This document shows, piece by piece, positions 35,410-39,201 of a stretch of DNA of 39,201 bases. A model generated the notes under the pieces. It had not been told where the DNA came from. It ran no database searches and saw only the letters and a program-made list of their open reading frames with translations. The stretch's first letter is position 1. Each line of letters starts with the position of its first letter. The stretch spans positions 1 to 39,201 of the IMG/VR virus record IMGVR_UViG_3300033493_000007; one strand, 5' to 3'. This stretch comes from a virus. Lineage: Duplodnaviria > Caudoviricetes. A program made the position numbers and the translations under genes.

Positions 35410-35868
35410 TTACGCCAGGTTAACGGCGATTTCGACGATTGAACCTGCGCTAGCGGACGCCATGAAACGGGCGCCTGCAACGAGAACTGCCTTCGACGTG
35501 TCGTCGGTCTTGCCAACCGTGCCAAGAGCGCGGGTGCCATTGACCGTGTACTGCACGTACACTGGATCCGCCGGGGTGACGGCGTCATTCGTGTACACGA
35601 AGACGTTGCCCTTGACGAGAGCGGAGCCGACCGTGTTGTTGGCAAAGCCGTCAACGTTGGTCTCGACGATGCTGTTCACGCCAACAAGCTTGTCGCCGCT
35701 GCCCGTGGGAAGACGCACACAATTGTCGCCAGTCGAATCGTAAGCAAGGAAGCGACCGTCTTCGATGACGGCGCCGGTGAGGTTGATGACCGCAAGGCTA
35801 CGCTCGTGAGCACAAACAGTGCCAAGAGCGCCAACCTGCATGAAAGAAGAATAGGTGAGTTGAGCCAT
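35410..35868 (-). CDS. Capsid cement/decoration protein
   Basis: 152 aa between protease and capsid; G...V.....V...DPVY...ARF motif. Confidence 0.7.
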   Translation of the reverse strand: MAQLTYSSFMQVGALGTVCAHERSLAVINLTGAVIEDGRFLAYDSTGDNCVRLPTGSGDKLVGVNSIVETNVDGFANNTVGSALVKGNVFVYTNDAVTPADPVYVQYTVNGTRALGTVGKTDDTSKAVLVAGARFMASASAGSIVEIAVNLA

Positions 35869-35871
35869 TGA

Positions 35872-37212
35872 TTATTTCTCCGTGGAGGTACTAGGCTGAG
35901 CACGACCTGGTCGGAAGTATTCAGCGTGAAACTTAGCTCGGGGGCTTTGTGCTTCCTTTTGGGCTTGCACATTGACCGAATCTAAAGTGATTGAAGTGGG
36001 TGAGGGTTTGGAAACAGGTGCTACGTCATTTGACTTCGAAGGGGGTGTTGGAAGGACATCCCAGAGTGCAGCTTGGTAATCGGCTTGAGCGAACTTGTCA
36101 GGCGAGATGGAGGGGAAAGCCTTGCGGAGGACGTTGAGTTTGATGTCTGTCGTTGTCATTCCCTTCGAGTCCACACCCCATTTGGAAGCCAGTGACGCAA
36201 GCTCCATGCGGGTGGCAACAAGTGCATCGATTACTTCTGGCGAGCAGGCTTGGGTAAGTTCTGTTTGGAGTTGAACGATTCGAGCTTCAGCCGATTCGGC
36301 TCGTTGTGTGGCAGTAAGCAAAGCGGCTTGGCTCGCATCGTAGCTCGACTTGAGGACGAGTTCCTCTTCGGGTTCGGCAACGGCAAGTTCCGGGACTACA
36401 ACTTCAATCGACTCGGCTACCACAACTACTGGAGTCTCATCGTTAGCGACCGGGACTTCAACTGGTGTCTGAGTGGTGATGTTTTCTTTCTCCATAGTTT
36501 CCTTTACGTAGTCAGTACAAATTGCGGAACCCCATCCAGCCCGAGGTGATCTACCCTCTGGAACCAGGGCGATGTGATTCGCTTGAAGTTTACGGTGTTG
36601 GAAATCAACGGAGACTTCCTGGTTCGTCATTGGGTCGGTAACCACCATGCCTGGGGTCGGAACTTGCTCACGGAGCCAGCCTACGGAGACGTACTTGCGA
36701 CCTGCTAGGATGGCGTCGATGGACGACTTGTCTTTGACAATGATGTTGGCGGTCAGCCAGTTACCGTCTTGAGTTACCCTCTTGACCGTGCCGATGGCGC
36801 TCGACTTAAAGGTCTCATCTGTAATCCATGCTTCGGAAGGATGTCCATTGGTCAAGTCAATGGCTTGGAAGGATGCCATACACTCATTCGAGAACACGTC
36901 CTCGGCAGATCGATATACAAGCTTCTTGGAGCCGTCCAAGTTTTCATCGTGGTAGTCGAAAACACCCGGGTGCGTCACCTTCGCCCAAACACTGAGATAG
37001 CCATTTAGGAGCCGTGTTGGCTTCTCGAGTGTAGCGTCCGTCGAGACGATGTCGTTCGACTTGAAGAATTCGATTTGGCGTAAGCGCTTGGCGGCTTCTG
37101 CTTTGGTGGCATACGTGCCGAGGACTTCACCCGACTTTGACATAACTTGCCACTTGCCACTGCGTTGTAGCAAATAGTCCAAGGCAGATGTAAGCGATTC
37201 AGCAATGCTCAT
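35872..37212 (-). CDS. Prohead protease/scaffold (DUF2213-like)
   Basis: G.L......T.PGV..Y, YR...VF......SF...LT.GHP and NHIALV..GR motifs; acidic coiled-coil C-terminus. Confidence 0.85.
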   Translation of the reverse strand: MSIAESLTSALDYLLQRSGKWQVMSKSGEVLGTYATKAEAAKRLRQIEFFKSNDIVSTDATLEKPTRLLNGYLSVWAKVTHPGVFDYHDENLDGSKKLVYRSAEDVFSNECMASFQAIDLTNGHPSEAWITDETFKSSAIGTVKRVTQDGNWLTANIIVKDKSSIDAILAGRKYVSVGWLREQVPTPGMVVTDPMTNQEVSVDFQHRKLQANHIALVPEGRSPRAGWGSAICTDYVKETMEKENITTQTPVEVPVANDETPVVVVAESIEVVVPELAVAEPEEELVLKSSYDASQAALLTATQRAESAEARIVQLQTELTQACSPEVIDALVATRMELASLASKWGVDSKGMTTTDIKLNVLRKAFPSISPDKFAQADYQAALWDVLPTPPSKSNDVAPVSKPSPTSITLDSVNVQAQKEAQSPRAKFHAEYFRPGRAQPSTSTEK

Positions 37213-37228
37213 ATGGTTTAGGTATCGC
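37210..37228 (-). promoter_or_regulatory. Putative late promoter GCGATACCTAAACCATATG, leaderless
   Basis: 19 nt identical to 31940-31958; ATG 6 nt after TACCTA; no SD. Confidence 0.7.
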
Positions 37229-37242
37229 TCGTTGAGTGCTTG

Positions 37243-37407
37243 CTACTGGACTTCTATAAATCCAATTACGGTCAAGGTGTCGAACATCACCTGGTTTCCG
37301 TCAAGTATGCATTGAAAGAACCCGCTCGAAGTGTATTTGATGAAAGTGACTTCGACAACGCTAGTGTTCAGCGTGAGCAGATATTTGTGGTTGGGGATCA
37401 TGGACAT
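37243..37407 (-). CDS. Hypothetical protein (~54 aa)
   Basis: ATG 2 nt after the LamG gene stop; fills the gap. Confidence 0.5.
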   Translation of the reverse strand: MSMIPNHKYLLTLNTSVVEVTFIKYTSSGFFQCILDGNQVMFDTLTVIGFIEVQ

Positions 37408-37409
37408 CC

Positions 37410-38675
37410 TTATATCGGGAACGGGAAGGTCTTGCCATATCCGCCGTTGCGTAGTTCGGATACCTCGCTTGACGACAGCGCCCGATTCCAACAACCCGCT
37501 TCGTCTATAGAGCCAGCACAACGACCATACGTCGAATAGCTGTACCCCAGACGGTCGAACTGAGTGTGTGTGGTGTCGTAAGTCATGGTCGCTGTAACGG
37601 GAGTGGAGTCATCGACATACAGCGTCACGGCATTGGTGGTAGCCGAGTGCGTGACAGCTACGAAGTGCCATGCCCCGTCATTGATGTCCGCTACGCCTTG
37701 GAGGGACTGGAACGCCCCACTAACCCAATGGCAATACGTCGCCTTTTTGTTGTCCACACTCAAACAGGCGTACGTGCTCGCACTAGCGAACAACGCATTC
37801 TTGCCACCGTGAGTCAAGTCGGTGCCGGCATTGGTCGTCTTGACCCAGCAAGCCCAACTAAGTCCAGTATACAGCGTTGTAGGTGTAAACGATATTCCCG
37901 AGGTCGTGCCGTTAAACGTGGCACACGACCCGAGTTTTCCGGCTTCATATATGATTGCCGTGTCGGTACCGGATGCGGATCCGGCGGCATCCGATGACTG
38001 CCCATTTAACTGGTAGTAATTCTTCAAGCCGGTCAGAAGAGACGAACTGTAGTTGCTGACTCCAACAGACATGTTTGAAAAATTACCTGCTACAGTGTTG
38101 GTTCCACTTGATTTGCCGATGTACAAATTGAACTTCCAGTTCGCCGCGTTAGCGCCCGTCTTGGACCTCATAGCCACCCAAACCCCTGCGGTCCAGTAGT
38201 AAGCTGTAACGATACTGCCGCACCTGGCGACGCGGAATTTACCTGTCGTCAGCGCGTCGGCTGGGCATGTGGAGAAGATGTCGTCACCCCCCGTCAACCA
38301 CGTCTTGACTGACTCCGCAATCGGGGTTTGATATCGTTCGATTGTAATGGATTGTCCATACCCGCCAACCAAAGGATCAAACACTCGAAAAGAAAACCAT
38401 TCGCTTGTAGTTGGAACTGACCATATTGTCAAATTGTAAGTCAGTGTCAGGTCGAAGTCGCCACACAGACCACAGTCCGGGTGGATTTGAGCCGCCCCGC
38501 CCGACGAAGTAGCGCTATCCGAGTTGCGAGTCAAAGTCACGACTCCAGCCGATGAAGTGGCAGTCCCGTAAGTGTGGTTGGAGATGTCTATAATGAATGA
38601 ACCAATGTCCAGGGGCATGTAGCCCCACATGCATTGACCACCTTCGAGGAACATTCCTAGCGCGTCGTTTCGCAT
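37410..38675 (-). CDS. LamG/concanavalin A-like lectin-domain virion protein
   Basis: INDGAWHFVAVT...LYVD and GSIDE...WNRALS..EV motifs; ATG 38675 overlaps the upstream TAA. Confidence 0.85.
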   Translation of the reverse strand: MRNDALGMFLEGGQCMWGYMPLDIGSFIIDISNHTYGTATSSAGVVTLTRNSDSATSSGGAAQIHPDCGLCGDFDLTLTYNLTIWSVPTTSEWFSFRVFDPLVGGYGQSITIERYQTPIAESVKTWLTGGDDIFSTCPADALTTGKFRVARCGSIVTAYYWTAGVWVAMRSKTGANAANWKFNLYIGKSSGTNTVAGNFSNMSVGVSNYSSSLLTGLKNYYQLNGQSSDAAGSASGTDTAIIYEAGKLGSCATFNGTTSGISFTPTTLYTGLSWACWVKTTNAGTDLTHGGKNALFASASTYACLSVDNKKATYCHWVSGAFQSLQGVADINDGAWHFVAVTHSATTNAVTLYVDDSTPVTATMTYDTTHTQFDRLGYSYSTYGRCAGSIDEAGCWNRALSSSEVSELRNGGYGKTFPFPI

Positions 38676-39190
38676 TACGACACGTTCCCAATCAGTCGAC
38701 AAGTTGCGAACGTTGCACCTTGATTGACGTAATAAACGAGAGTGTCCTTCGCGCCAACGGTCGGTGTGAGCGTTGGCACGATCCCGGCGCTGAACTTCCA
38801 GAATGAGTTGAACGTCAACGTTCGAACCACAGCGCCCTGAGTAAACCCGATGACGCCAGACATACCCGCGAGAAGCCCTGTGGGGGCGTCAAGTACCGTG
38901 CTCTCCGAGGTCGTGTGATAGAAGTTCTGCCCAGCCGACATGTCGATGGCGATATGCCCACCAGACGACGTCAGTGCCTGTGGAGTGTATGTCGTGAGTA
39001 GTGCCGTTATTGGCGTGTAAGCCCCACCGTTAGTGCTGATCTCTGCAACTCCAGTGAGAGCTCGAAGGGCAACCCCACCCGAAGCACTGACGGGAGCGCT
39101 CGGGTCAGAAAGCATCGCCAAACATGAAGCGCTCGTGAGAGAGCCAGACTTCAGAACGAACAACTTCTCTACCGGAGTCCCGCCGATGCC
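38675..39190 (-). CDS. 3' part of the join-spanning fibre-like protein (starts at 690)
   Basis: In frame with 1..690; C-terminal ID...G.NF...L..PT...G.SG....Q......L.F...W.F..G..P fibre-tip-like domain. Confidence 0.8.
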   Translation of the reverse strand, partial: GIGGTPVEKLFVLKSGSLTSASCLAMLSDPSAPVSASGGVALRALTGVAEISTNGGAYTPITALLTTYTPQALTSSGGHIAIDMSAGQNFYHTTSESTVLDAPTGLLAGMSGVIGFTQGAVVRTLTFNSFWKFSAGIVPTLTPTVGAKDTLVYYVNQGATFATCRLIGNVS

Positions 39191-39201
39191 AGTTCTCAAT
39201 G

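Noticed and set aside
1-39201. Alternative genetic code or stop-codon reassignment
   Set aside because: Core genes are full length under the standard code, and TAA, TAG and TGA all serve as stops at tight gene junctions

Overview
This window is most likely a complete circular genome (39,190 bp; bases 1-11 = 39191-39201, and one ORF reads through the join) of an uncharacterised contractile-tailed (myovirus-type) phage. I recognised no integrase, repressor, DNA polymerase, tRNA or CRISPR array. The minus strand carries the late module: GIY-YIG nuclease, portal, Mu gpF-like protein, Ig-repeat/fibre/LamG proteins, DUF2213 protease-scaffold, cement, major capsid, neck, sheath, tube, a -1 frameshifted chaperone, tape measure, baseplate and fibre. 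It ends with terminase, a small sigma-like protein, a GH108 endolysin and a trypsin-like lipoprotein. The plus strand (8.6-16.6 kb) carries a Toprim/VapE primase-helicase, Endo VII, HNH nucleases and many small genes in three paralog families. The most interesting signal is regulatory. (i) A recurring -10-only motif (S)CGATACCTAA precedes late genes, often 6-7 nt before an SD-less ATG. (ii) A 133-aa protein resembles sigma region 2 but lacks region 4 and could read that motif. (iii) A ~70-nt structured RNA candidate lies between two copies of the motif next to the portal gene. (iv) An early cassette array has each gene's TGA stop embedded in the TTGAC -35 box of the next leaderless gene. All family calls come from motif recognition by eye; no database searches were run.
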